DNA from: Octopus vulgaris
Lineage: Eukaryota
Assembly (NCBI GenBank): GCA_951406725.2
Contig: OX597820.1
Location: forward strand, 59,892,001-59,956,000
DNA: 64,000 nucleotides
Direction of reading: 5' to 3'
Part shown: piece by piece, positions 26,982 through 39,386 of the stretch
How the letters are laid out: each line of letters starts with the position of its first letter
Position numbering within the stretch: the first letter of the stretch is position 1
Program-made: the position numbers and the translations under genes
The notes under the pieces: generated by a model
Seen by the model: only the letters and a program-made list of their open reading frames with translations
Told to the model about the DNA's origin: nothing
Databases searched by the model: none

Positions 26982-27908
26982 TTGACATGAGTACGGGATT
27001 CTTTACTTACGTTCTTATACACATCCTTTAATATCTTATACCTGGACCTAGAGGCGTGGGCATATTCGTGTGTGTATGTAGTGATGGGCGCGCGTATATA
27101 CATGTGAGCGTGTACGCGCGTAATGTCCGTGTATATATGCGGATATTCTGTTGTATGTATGTGTGTGTACGCGCGTGCGTGTGGGTGCGTGTGTGTGTTT
27201 ATGTACGTGTTTACACGCGAGTGCGTGTGTATGCTTATAGGCTTGGAGGCGTATACGTACGCGTGTATGTGGGTGTATGTATCCATGATGATATGTATGT
27301 ACTAGAAGTCCATTTAATTCAAGGAACCAGATTAAATGCTCATCAGCTCTGATTTACAACGCATTAAGTCCCCAGACGAAACTGTTGATTTACTGACAAT
27401 TCTACAACTAAATTTTTTCAATCTCATGACCACCATGCTTGGTCCGTAACCTCTATACATCCCTTATCTTTACATTCTTTTACACTTTTATCTTGGTTTT
27501 ATCAGGTTTTTTTACTTTTATTTCTATTTCTATTTTTACTTTATAACCTTATGCCTTTACATTTATTTATATTTCTTTATATTTCTTTATACCCCCTTTA
27601 CATCTCCTTACAACTCTTTATATCTTTATCCTCTACATTTTTATATTATTCTATACTTACACTTTTTATACATTTTTTATCCCTCGTCCCGAACTCTCGC
27701 CCCTCCATCTTCACCTCTATATACGTATTTATTTATTTACATTACATTACCTCAACATCCAATTTTCCTCATTCTACATTGAGAGAAGAAAGAGATGGAC
27801 GCTTCAATTCTATGCTGCTGCCGCATTATGTCGTACGTGAATGAGAGGATTTGCATCCCCAACCAAGAATTTTTGATGTAACACATGTCCTTGTGGAAGC
27901 TGTTGTGC

Positions 27909-27986
27909 GCGGCTGAAGAAGGCCACAGACATACATTATGCATTGTTATAAATCTGTCTAATAAAGGCCCGAAACATATGTACCGC
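27909..27986 (+). ncRNA. Type I hammerhead ribozyme (PLE pseudo-LTR, right arm)
   Basis: GCGG-CUGAAGA-A-GGCC-ACAGA...UCUGU...GGCC-C-GAAAC-AUAU-GUA-CCGC; palindromic stem III ACAUAUGU. Confidence 0.85.
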
Positions 27987-28327
27987 TGAATCCTTCGCAT
28001 CATGTTTTTATTTTATTTTGAACAATTTACTCCACCACCTACACCACCAAACGGTATACACAGGTGCTTATAATTATCAAGTACTCACCCCGAATTTATT
28101 TTTCACTTGTTTACTGCTATGGTTTTGTGTTGAGTTTGATCTGAGAACATAATCTTTTGTGGTGAAGGGCGATTTGACGTCTATATCTAGCATGTTGACT
28201 GTCCACTTTTCGTGTTCAGTCCTTAATTGGTATATATATATATATATATATATAAAATGTTTCCGATGAATATTAGCACAACTACTGGCGCAGACAGGGC
28301 AAATAAACATAACAAAAATTCAAATTA

Positions 28328-28420
28328 GTTCGGGACAATTGTTTCGCTATTAATAAATTAATAAATTATGTAATTTTACTCACATAATATACCTTTATTT
28401 GTAGCTCCTCGGCCGAACCC
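28328..28420 (-). ncRNA. Type I hammerhead motif with variant core CCGAGGA
   Basis: Minus strand: GUUCGG-CCGAGGA-GCUA...UAGC-GAAAC-AAUU-GUC-CCGAAC; 6-bp stem I, 4-bp stem II base and palindromic ACAAUUGU. Confidence 0.75.
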
Positions 28421-29075
28421 ATTCAGAATACAATTAACTCGACCGCACGCTAGACTTTACCAACACGATAAACGCACGTGTGGTCCAGCGAATTGCATTC
28501 GCTGCTATAGTTTAAGTGCCCCTGTCATGGCCCGCCAAAACTCACGGAAACAGATACTACATCCAAAATTAAATGTAGCATAGTTACAATCAACTAATGA
28601 GGGTGAGAAAGTTGTATACTAATTTAATAGTACATCACATATATATTCTTATTCCTTACATTAATCTGCAAAGATTACGTATCATATTTATTATGGCTAT
28701 CACTCTAAAATAAATTTTATCAGTTGATTTACTAACAAAAGATAACACAAAAAATATATTCAGCCGTGATTTTATTAGCCATTTCTTTTAACCTTTAACA
28801 GTCAGGTGCAAGAACTATCAATTAGAAAACCAGCTTCTGTTAAATTTCTACTACATATATTCCAACAGTTTTTTTAAATTTTGGAATAGGACATGATCTT
28901 AACAAAACATAACATTTATAATATTCTCCGTCTGCCTACAGTTCCTGAAGCTTGTCCAGAATCCCAGGTATACCTCTGTCTAATTTCCTACGTACGTGGC
29001 GAGGCACTTAGCTGAGAATATTTTGAATATTTTGCCCTTGATTATAATTATGTATATAATTATAGAATATTTTGC

Positions 29076-29127
<52 letters not shown>

Positions 29128-29129
29128 CT

Positions 29130-31170
29130 ACATACTAAGTCGCATTACTGGTGATAGATTATTCAATTATAAAAAGTGTTTGATATTGACCCAGAAGGTT
29201 TCAGAGAGATTTTTCTTGGGACGTGCGATTGCACCTAGTCGAAATTATGTTACCTTGAAAGTGTGGTAAGTGTATACGGGCGATTTGAATGTTATCTTAA
29301 AGAGGATTTAAGAAGCTAATGCGGATGGGTGCTAAACAGGATAAGTAGATATAAATAGGAAGAAGTGATCTTGAAATCAATTGACACTTTTGTAGCGAAG
29401 TTAAGTGTTAAATGCAAAATTAAGGACGAAGATTTTGATTGAAGAAAACGGGTAGTTAGTTTGTCACTGGAGTAAATTCGAAGTCTGGGTTGAATGAAAG
29501 GAGAGGAATTAGATTTTAGTAAGTAGGAGGTAAGGAAAAATATGTTGATATATTACAAGAAAAATACATTACAACTCCAGCGGATAAAGCAGCAGGGAAT
29601 TTTGGGATAAAATGCGAGAAATACTATCTAATGATGCTAGGTAATGAATTATAATTAGAGAGTGGTTTTAACTTATATGATGGCATTTGAGAATATAAAT
29701 GATTTAATATGGAAAGTGATACGTGAGGTGGAAAGCGTAGAGGAAAATGACAAATGCGTTCCAAATTTTTCTTTGGTTTCCAAAGGTGCAGATTTCTTGT
29801 GAGAGTTAGAAAATGTACCAATAAACAGCCGTCTAAGTCAATGATGCATTGCATGTTATTAGATCAGTTATGCCGTACTACAAATGAATGTTTTGTTATT
29901 TAGATGTGCACTTATTTTGGAGAATTAAGTACGCTAAAGAGTCTTTAGATAAGTCACAATAAGTTAATGTAGTTTAAACTATGCGTGTGTATGATTTCTC
30001 TACACTGTATACAAATAAAGATTTGAAAATGGTGGAAGGGGGTATATTTAGAGTAATTTACAGAGCGTTTGGTAACGGTTATAAATGGTGATTTTTTTTT
30101 CATCCAGCAGTAAATACAATGCTTTTTTACCAGATTAATTAAGGGTAAATTAAAAGAAATTACGGATTTATTGTTAATAATGCCTATATTGCTATTGCTG
30201 ATAGGATGTTTAAATAAATTAAATTCGAATGGGCAGTAATTGTAACCCTTTATTAATTGACATTTATTTGTCTTCGAGCAAGTTTGGTTTTCTTTGTGAT
30301 TTATACTAATGGAAGAAGTTTGACTTAGTTAAACAGCTTAGTGGTTGCTGCAGATACATTGGTTACATTCTTAGTTCTAACTATATTTTCTTTCTTTTTT
30401 CTTTCTTTTTTTCGAAAATTTTCTTATGTACCCAGGAAATATCATAGCTAATAGAAATAATTGGGGGCACGTTGTATGAGGTCAATCATTTAGATGTTAG
30501 GCTAGTTAGTATGGATAGTAAGGTTATAACTAGTGGAATTAATAAAACTAATAGCTAAAATTCTCGTATTATACCCTTTTCTTTGGCATTGAATAGAATT
30601 CCGTTAAGAGAGTAGAACGTGCTCCAGGCAATGTACAGTAGAATTCATAAAGTTGATGTATCAAAAGACAGTTAAACTGTTGATAAAGCGTATGGAAAAA
30701 CAAGATCAAATTAAGAAATTGTTAAAGGTTTTAACTGTTGCTTGGAGGAGATAATAACTTATGAAAAAAATTGAGGTAATTTCTCGTTCATAGCTTGGTA
30801 TAAATCTTTCTAATTATTACTTTTACTTATTGTTAACATAGATGGCTGTTGTTTTGTGTCTGTCGTTATGCATTATTGTGTACGACGTCAGTTCCGCTAG
30901 GGAGTGGCTTCTTAACTTCCGCTCATAGATTAAGATCGGCTTTTCGTCGTTAGGCAGCGGTAGGGGTCGGGATGCTTGTCTTAGATTTCCTCGTTGCACG
31001 TGGGTGCTATGTTGTTTATGTGGAGAAAATTTTGGTCCGGTTGGTTCGTCTTAATTAATTTTTATGTTTTAAACAATGTCTGTTTTAGTTTATGTGCTTT
31101 AATTTATTTATATGTCTAACGGTTCTGGGAAAATGCATTTTCTTGTTTTGGGGTTATGTTTGTTAACTTA
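29130..31170 (-). pseudogene. Heavily decayed retroelement ORF, possibly a PLE RT linked to the 28.3-kb HHR
   Basis: Only traces remain (SFDTSTL near 30650-30670, GYNYCPFEFNLF near 30210-30250); same strand as, and upstream of, the 28328-28420 HHR. Confidence 0.3.
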
Positions 31171-31199
31171 TGGAAATGGGGTAAAGTTATTACCCCATA

Positions 31200-31970
<771 letters not shown>

Positions 31971-32130
31971 CCTAAGTAGGCCGGACAAAATGCTTCGTCC
32001 TACCATTTTGAAAACAGTTGGAGTAACGCACATTGGATCATCTACAGTTCTATATTTAAGAGATGATCCAATGTGCATTATTTACATTATTTACATTCAA
32101 CGGATATTTGTCCTCATCTTGTGTGTTGTT

Positions 32131-32176
32131 AACACAACGTTTCGGCTGATATACCCTCCAGCCTTCTTCAGGTGTC
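32131..32176 (-). ncRNA. Minimal type I hammerhead ribozyme
   Basis: GACAC-CUGAAGA-A-GGCUG-GAGGGUAUAU-CAGCC-GAAAC-GUU-GUGUU; stem III is reduced to the palindrome ACGU. Confidence 0.78.
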
Positions 32177-32386
32177 TTGGGGAAATTTCGAACCTGGGTT
32201 CTCATTCCTAAAGTATTTTCGTTGTTGTTGTTGTTGTTATTATTGATGTTGTTGTTGTTGTTGTTCAGGTCACTGCTTGGAATCGAACTCGGAATTTTGG
32301 GGTTAGTAACCCACGCTCTTGACCACTACGCCATATGCCCACGGGCATACCTTAGGAATGAGAACCCAGGTTCGAAATTTCCCCAA

Positions 32387-32432
32387 GACACCTGAAGAAG
32401 GCTGGAGGGTATATCAGCTGAAACGTTGTGTT
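32387..32432 (+). ncRNA. Minimal type I hammerhead ribozyme (inverted copy)
   Basis: GACAC-CUGAAGA-A-GGCUG...CAGCU-GAAAC-GUU-GUGUU; one C>T at the base of stem II relative to the other copy. Confidence 0.72.
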
Positions 32433-32750
32433 AACAACAAACAAGATGACGACAAATATCCGTTGATTGTAAATAATATAAATAATGCACATTGGATCAT
32501 CTAGTTGTAGATCAGGAGTTACAAACCTAGGGATCCATCCCCAACCGAGGGTGCGAGATGGCGTTTCGAGGGCTGCAACAAAGAAAGTATATATAGGCGC
32601 AGGGGTAGCTGTATGGTAAGTAGCTTGCTTACCAGCCAGATGGTTCTGGATTCAGTCCCACTGTGTGGCACCTGTGTCTTCTACTATAGCCTCGGGCTGA
32701 CCAAAGCCTTGTGAGTGGATTTTAGTAGACATAAACTGAAAGAAGCCCGT

Positions 32751-32787
<37 letters not shown>

Positions 32788-33344
32788 GTGTCTGCGTTTG
32801 TCCCCCCAACATCGCTTGACAACCGATGCTGGTGTGTTTACGTCTTCATAACTTAGCAGTTCGGCAAAACAGGCCGATATAATAAGTACTAGGCTTACAA
32901 AGAATAAGTCCTGGGGTCGATTTGTTCGACTAAAAGACAGTGCTCCAGCATAGCCACAGTCAAATGACTGAAACAAATAAAGGAATAAAAGAATAAAAAG
33001 ACTTGTTTGAAATCGCCTTTCGTAATAATCACCTTTTGAATAATCTTATTCTACGAAACACACCAAGAACTTTCTTTATAATTCCATGGCACCTTGGGCA
33101 AGCGTCTTCTACTATAGCCCTAGGCCAACCAATGTGAATTTAGTAAACGGAAATTGTGTGGAAGCCCGTCGCATATATATATATGTATGTATATGCATAT
33201 ACACACACACGCACTATATGTTCGTTATTCAATCGTTTTATTACTCTTCATACTTTATCTTAAGATATAAAATAAGAACTGTAATAAACGAGTGAAGAAC
33301 GAAGTGTTTATTTAGGCAAAAAAATAAAGGCCATCCCGAAATAT

Positions 33345-33389
<45 letters not shown>

Positions 33390-33669
33390 CATCAAAGTGT
33401 GTGTGTGCGAGTGCGTGTATGTATGGATGTATCTATCTATCTATGCATGTATACGTGTATGTGTGTATATCTTTGTGTTTCTCCTCATCACCGCTTTACA
33501 ACCGGTGTTGGTTCACATCCTCGCAACTTAACGGTTCGGCCAAAGATAATGATAGAATAAGTTACCAGACTTTAAAAATAAATAGTCACTGGGGTCTATT
33601 TGTTCAAGTAAACCCTTCAAGGTTGTGCACCAGCATGGGCGCGGTCGATTGGGGGAAACTAGTAACAAC

Positions 33670-35440
33670 TTGTTTGAGTCTCGTCATTTTTGACCACGCT
33701 TGGATGGTTGAAGGCTTTCTCTTTGAGACTATCCGTTGTTAAAATTGTTTTATATTACTGTTGAAAATTGTTGTTGAAGCGACTCGCACGTAATTGCTTT
33801 TGCTGTTGTTTTATACTGTTTTTCTCCCCATTGTCGGGGTGAAAAGTTAGCTTTTCAATATGGAAAGCAATGCAAAAACCGCTGCAGTGGGAGCAGCTAC
33901 GCCGTTGGAAGCGAAGCAGATAAAAATTAATATGGACGATATTATAAGAAGTGAGCAATTTGTGCAAAGAGAGGAAGACACGATAAAGCTGGTCCTTCCA
34001 GAGGAGACAGTCAACGATAAGAGCGATAGGACGGTGGTGTACCGCACGCAAGCGGTCGCCACCAGCAAAATAGAAATCCTATCAGAAGACGATGTGGAGG
34101 AATGTTTAAGACTCCTGATGAAAAAGGTAACTTTCGTAAGCCGAAGAAGGAAATATGGCACGGTGGAGGTGAGGTTTTCCACCAAAGAAGAGGCGGCCTC
34201 ACATTCCACCACTGTTTTACGCTCTGACAAGGTAGCGCTGCTGTCCACGTATAGCGGCAGGTGAAGTGTTCGGATTCGAATAGGAAGAGTGCCACCAGAA
34301 ATAAAGACAGACTGGTTGGTGGCAGCTAATTGGGTCCAGTGGGAAGAACGAGCACGTTAAACTGATGGGGATGCGGTGTCGAGATGTAGCTTTTTGCCAC
34401 TTTCGAAGACATAGAGAGGATCCCCTGCCAAATAGAGGTTGCGGGAGAAAGTTCCCTCAAAGTAATTGTTGTGGGTCGTCGACCGAATTGTTACGAATGC
34501 GGAGAGGCCATATGAGGACGCAGTGCCCCAAGCACAAACCTCCTCAGAGTAAGAAGGCTGTGAAAAAGACCAGGAAGTAGATGTTGGCGTACAAATTGAA
34601 GCAATGAAAGACGGAAACGGCAAAAGCGATACGAAGTGCGTCAGGGATACAGAAGTAAAGACGAAGGAAGACAGAAGGAAAGCGGCAAAGGCGAGGAGTA
34701 ACGGGTTTGTTAACCCCAAAAGGAGGAAGAAGGTAAAATTAAGACAGCATTCGCAAGGACAAGCAGCAAAAGTAGAGAGAACGCCCCAAAAAGGTAGGGA
34801 GCCGCCTATTTTCAAGCATATGCAGACAGTAGAGACGGACCCAAGAGAGAAAGAATCGGTGGAAGAGAAGGTACAGCACAGATATGAAAATAAGGCATTC
34901 ATAATCTTCTACTAAAAGAGTGTAGATGTGGAAAGATGAATTTCCAAGTGTAAGGGAGTGGTGAGGATGAAGCTGCCCAGAGAGGAATTCAAGGAGAAGG
35001 AAAGGGGTGTGCTATTGCATGACGATCGAGACAACGCGTTCATGGATTCATATATAGAGTTTTTGATTTCAGTTGACGGGCTGGTGTGGTTTGATGACCT
35101 ACCACCCGTAATTGAACATAAAGAGTTAAAATATTTTTTTACAAAATATGTTAAAAATATATGAACAATATAAAAAAATGATGAAGATGTGAACTTTTCG
35201 TTTAAAAAAAAAGGAGAAAAAAAACGAAAAAACTGTCCAAAATAATGTCTAAATGTAACCACTTGACTTCGGGGTTCGAGTGGGCATTGCGCCTCATTTT
35301 ATCATTTTCATAATTTCATTCGTTTCTTTTTATTTTTTCTTCCTTGATTTCTTTTTGAATTTTTATTTCCCCAATTATATGTTTTGTATTGTCTTTGTAA
35401 TGTGTAACCTCTATATTTAGCCCCTTGTGGGTAATAAAAA
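33670..35440 (+). mobile_element. Decayed LINE derivative carrying a gag-like ORF1 (L1/Tx1-like) and no recognisable RT
   Basis: ORF 33860..34264 (RRM-like TVEVRFSTKEEA) continues past a stop into IRIGRVPPEI. Frameshifted CCHC knuckle VVGRRPNCYECGE-HMRTQCP at about 34468-34530. The 3' end is T-rich and ends TTTAGCCCCTTGTGGGTAATAAA. Confidence 0.65.
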
Positions 35441-36430
35441 CTCGAGGATAAAGGATTGAAAGAGCTATTATCTTATATAGATATACCAATGTTCGAGAAA
35501 GGACGTGATGGCCATGACGGGCTTGCTTTCGGAATGTATTTCTATTTATTTAGGGCTGGCCTAGCGCTAAAGAACAACTGAAGAAACTTCAGATCCTTCT
35601 ACCTTCCACCGACAGCTGACTATGATCTACCACCACACCGCTGCCCCGTGCCGCCACGTCGTTTCCTTTTCTGCTGAATGTCTTTCACGTATTTGTAGCC
35701 ACACTGTTATCTTTATGGCGATTTATGACCGCATCTGGAAGATCTCACTCAGCCGTTATGCGTGCCAGCGTCTGCCTGTGCATGTCCGTGTATGAGTGTG
35801 TGAGATAAAGAGAGAGAGAGAGTGATCTGTGTGTGTGTAAGTGAGTGAATGAGTGAGTGAGAGAGAGGGTGAGAGGGGGAGCGAGAGAGAGAAAGAGAAT
35901 TTGTGTGTGCGTGTGTGTTTGTGTCCGATTAAGCATGAGTCATATTATCTTACAAAAATGTATCAACTTCGATTTTTATCATTAGTTCAAAGATTAATGA
36001 ATAACATCATTATACGCGCACCTCCTCGCCAAAATACTCGAAGGAAATACCCCTCGCCCCTACGTAATCGCTCAACCTATACGAAATAGCAGCTCAATCT
36101 CCCTCATACGATACTTTAGAGTTTTAAAAATTGGAAGGATGCATCGGATAATACCGTACTAGATATACTATGCTTTAAAAAATTAATGTATTGGTCACAT
36201 TTGGAGTGCTTTTGATTCAAATAGGTCTACTGAATAGGAGACGATCCGGGTCTTAATAACATCTATAAACAACCAAATAATTAAATGAGAATCATGGCTT
36301 AATTTCGACCATTCGATATGAAACGTATGCTTTGCTGCTGTTGTTTACCTACAAGGTCAGGCTTGATTTTGCAGACATATAATTAAAGACGTTCAGCCAT
36401 GACCATCCCGTAGACTTTTTTGTTTAAATA

Positions 36431-36575
36431 CCGTATTTACTTAAGTATGAGTGGTGCTAGGGTGCGACTTATACACAGAGCAAAGCTAATATCAAATTTA
36501 AATATGAAGGGAAAAAATTTTGTTCCAAAATTTAACACTAAATTAGGGATGCGACTTATACACAAGTAAATACAG
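36431..36575. mobile_element. pogo/Tigger-like MITE
   Basis: TA-CCGTATTTACTT...AAGTAAATACAG-TA with repeated TGCGACTTATACAC. Confidence 0.7.
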
Positions 36576-37045
36576 TATATTGCGTTTGGGTCAATATTAT
36601 TCAATGTACCATTTCTTAAAAATTGGTTTAAGAAATATTTGGCTACTATTTCTAACAGGTTTAGTGACTGGATAGAGACATCGTCGTTGTCATTGTTGCT
36701 TTGTTGATTAATTCTGGGTCAGCCGTGATCGAGTTGAGCTACGATCAAAGGTATTCCAGATGTGATCATCTCCTCAGGGAATCCAGAACTCCTTTGTCTT
36801 TTCTAAGACGAAAAGATATGATTTAGAAGAAGTCTGGCAGCTTCTTTGAAGTAGGTCAAACGACGATGCAGGGGCTCCACATTAGCTCGTTACTGGTGGT
36901 GGCGGTGGTATCATTGATGGAATGGTGGTAGCGGCGTCGTCGTTGTTGTTGATAGTGGTGGTGGCGGAGGCGGCGCCTCGAAGCGTTGATATCCCCGTTT
37001 TTGGAGAGCCTACATAAGGTATAGGCATAATTCCTTTTACTAGAG

Positions 37046-37301
37046 CAGTGACTTTCAACCGGGGTCTCTAAGACCCTTGTGGGTTCATATAAGATTTTGT
37101 TGTTAAAGTTTATGTGCAAAAAAAATTGGTCACACTTCTACAATAAAGAAATTATTTTAACAATCTTTCAATACAATTCCTAATAATATTTAATTATGAA
37201 AATATAGGATTTTTAAAACATCAAATGACTATGAGGGTCCAGATGAGTAAAATAGGAATCAAAGGGGTCCACAGGAAAAACAAAACGGTTGAGAACCATT
37301 G
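37046..37301. mobile_element. hAT (Charlie-like) MITE
   Basis: Ends CAGTGACTTTCAACC and GGTTGAGAACCATTG; same family as 39387-40331 in the opposite orientation. Confidence 0.7.
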
Positions 37302-37329
37302 TTGCGGATCAAGCCTACAAAAACATTTG

Positions 37330-38910
37330 ATTTTTTTCATCATTTGTTAATGGTTTAATTAAATGATATTTAGTTATGCCAAAACTTACTTTTTTAAAGT
37401 GTAGAATACACACATAAGCCATTCAAAACCCACAAAGACTATTAACTTGACTTAAACATTTGTTATTTGATGTCAAAATTTTTGTCAGCGACCTGGCCAC
37501 TGAAGCGGTTCCACTGTATCTAGTTTGGGGCGAGTTTGTAGTCAGTATATATGTTTCAGGGTTATAAATATGATATAATCTATATATGTCAGTCTTATTT
37601 TATTGCTTTTTAACTCTTGAAAATATTCTTATGTTGAATGTCACCAGCGAGAACGTAGTCACGGTTTATAAATTCTATTTGTTTGTGAAGTTGCCTCTCA
37701 CTTTAAGATCTCTCACTAAGGGAAGTAACTGAATCGTTAAGTGAACGTATTCCTTGGTTTGACGGTGGTTGAGGTAGGATGTGTCTTGGCTCTACTTGAT
37801 CTAGTATAACGTGGGGACCTACCTTTGTCATTTATGAAGTTGTTTCATGTTAATGGAAGTATGGGGTTCTTTTGATTACATTTTCCACATATAATTGGTT
37901 TGTGAGTTTAGTAACTTCAGTTTGGTACGTTTAGTTCTTTTTCAATTATATTTTATGGGCCTTTAGGTGGCAATATCCGTTTTGGTTTATTTTCTTTAAG
38001 TCATACGTTTCACAGCTGCAGTTCTGTGACAGTTTATTCGATTTTACCTCCTTTTCTTTTTCTTTTGGTACCGGATGAGTTTTATATTTTTGTTGTTTAT
38101 GAGGGAATTGGGGGGATAAATGGAGGTATGTTAATCTTTTAGTTATTTTTTCCACATTTAATTGATTTATATGTTTGGTAACGTATTTAATTGATTTGTG
38201 TGTTTAGTAACTTCACTTATTTTATGTTTTATAATTCTTTAGATGGCAATGTCCGCTTCGGTTTATTTCCTTTAATTTATATTTTTAATAGCAACAGTTC
38301 TGTGACGATTTATTCGTTTTGATTCTTTTATAATTCATTAAGTTGCAGAACCCCTATTTCGTTTTTATTTATTTATTTCTTTGTTCGTTTTTTTTTTTGT
38401 GCTTAGGAACGTTATACAGCTGTTAACTCAATAAACTTTCTGAACTAATGCTTAGCTCCTCTTTGGATCTGTTATTCCTAGTTAATAATTATATATAGCA
38501 TTAATATTTATGATGCTCTTCACACCAGCGTATAAAATCGTACTGTCCAGGTGTCGAAACTATAAGGAATTCTGATTGGCAGCCGAGGACGGGATGCTTA
38601 CGTTTGTTGCTTTTATTTATTTATTTATTTATTTAAGTTATTTGTAGTGAGCCTTTTGTATCTTATACTCTCGACATTTCAGTGTCATCCTCCATTGTAA
38701 TCCTGGTTCTAGTCGGATTTTTCTGTTGTTTTGAAATTGTCTGAGTGGAGTTTTTATTTTGGTTCGTAAGTTAATTGATTACGGTATATGAGTGATAAGC
38801 ATCTGTTGTCGATGAGGTGTTGTTCTTCGTGTTTTAATGTGTGTTGATTTAATGGAACTCTATAAATTGGCTTGTAAGGTTAGTGCTAACCATATTTGTT
38901 ATAGTCCTTC
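37330..38910 (-). pseudogene. Decayed Penelope-like element remnant
   Basis: Weak traces only: VSTNLTSQF...HLIDNRCLSLIY (RT-EN linker-like, 38770-38900) and YLNHR (EN-like, near 37775). Confidence 0.35.
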
Positions 38911-39386
38911 TGTTGGACACACACACACACACACACACACACACGCCCACACACTGGAGTTGATGATATTACATTTATTCCTTCGGTACGATAATAACAG
39001 GCAAGATTCAGACACATAATGAGGATAAATGATAATTATGTAATATTGTGTGTGTGTCTGTGTGTGTACGTTCATGTATTGTAAAGTCAAAACGCTCTTG
39101 AAAAATCAGAAACAGCAACTCACGAAGAACATAGTACAGCGAATATGATATGGGGTGCCATACCATTTCGGACGTTGATTTTTCTTCAGAAAGAGAAGAA
39201 ATATAGGCAGAGATAAATAGGAGAAATAGTGAGTGTGTGAATATTTTAATTAAATTTTGTAATTAAAATATTTAACTAAAGAATCAATTCAAAAATGTTT
39301 TAAGAATTTTAAAATAGTGAAACAAAGCTAATAAAAAATAAACATATAAAAATGATAAAATAATATATTTGAGCAGGACACGAGGG

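Larger units (their letters stand above)
24987..28230 (-). mobile_element. Young 5'-truncated Penelope-like element with inverted pseudo-LTR, between (TA)n tracts
   Basis: 1035-bp inverted repeat 24987-26021 / 26981-28015 (one mismatch seen), a GIY-YIG ORF between the arms, one HHR per arm, and (TA)n at both outer ends. Confidence 0.92.
32028..32503 (-). mobile_element. Non-coding tRNA-head plus hammerhead element with an inverted partial copy (candidate PLE-mobilised SINE/retrozyme)
   Basis: Minus strand: tRNA-like 32340-32268 (A box TGGCGTAGTGG, B box GTTCGATTCC), (AAC)n, then HHR 32176-32131. An inverted copy of the HHR module lies at 32347-32503. Confidence 0.78.

Noticed and set aside
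32268-32340. Functional tRNA gene
   Set aside because: Acceptor, anticodon and T stems pair poorly and the sequence is embedded in a repeat, so it is treated as a tRNA-derived head. The same applies to the SINE heads.
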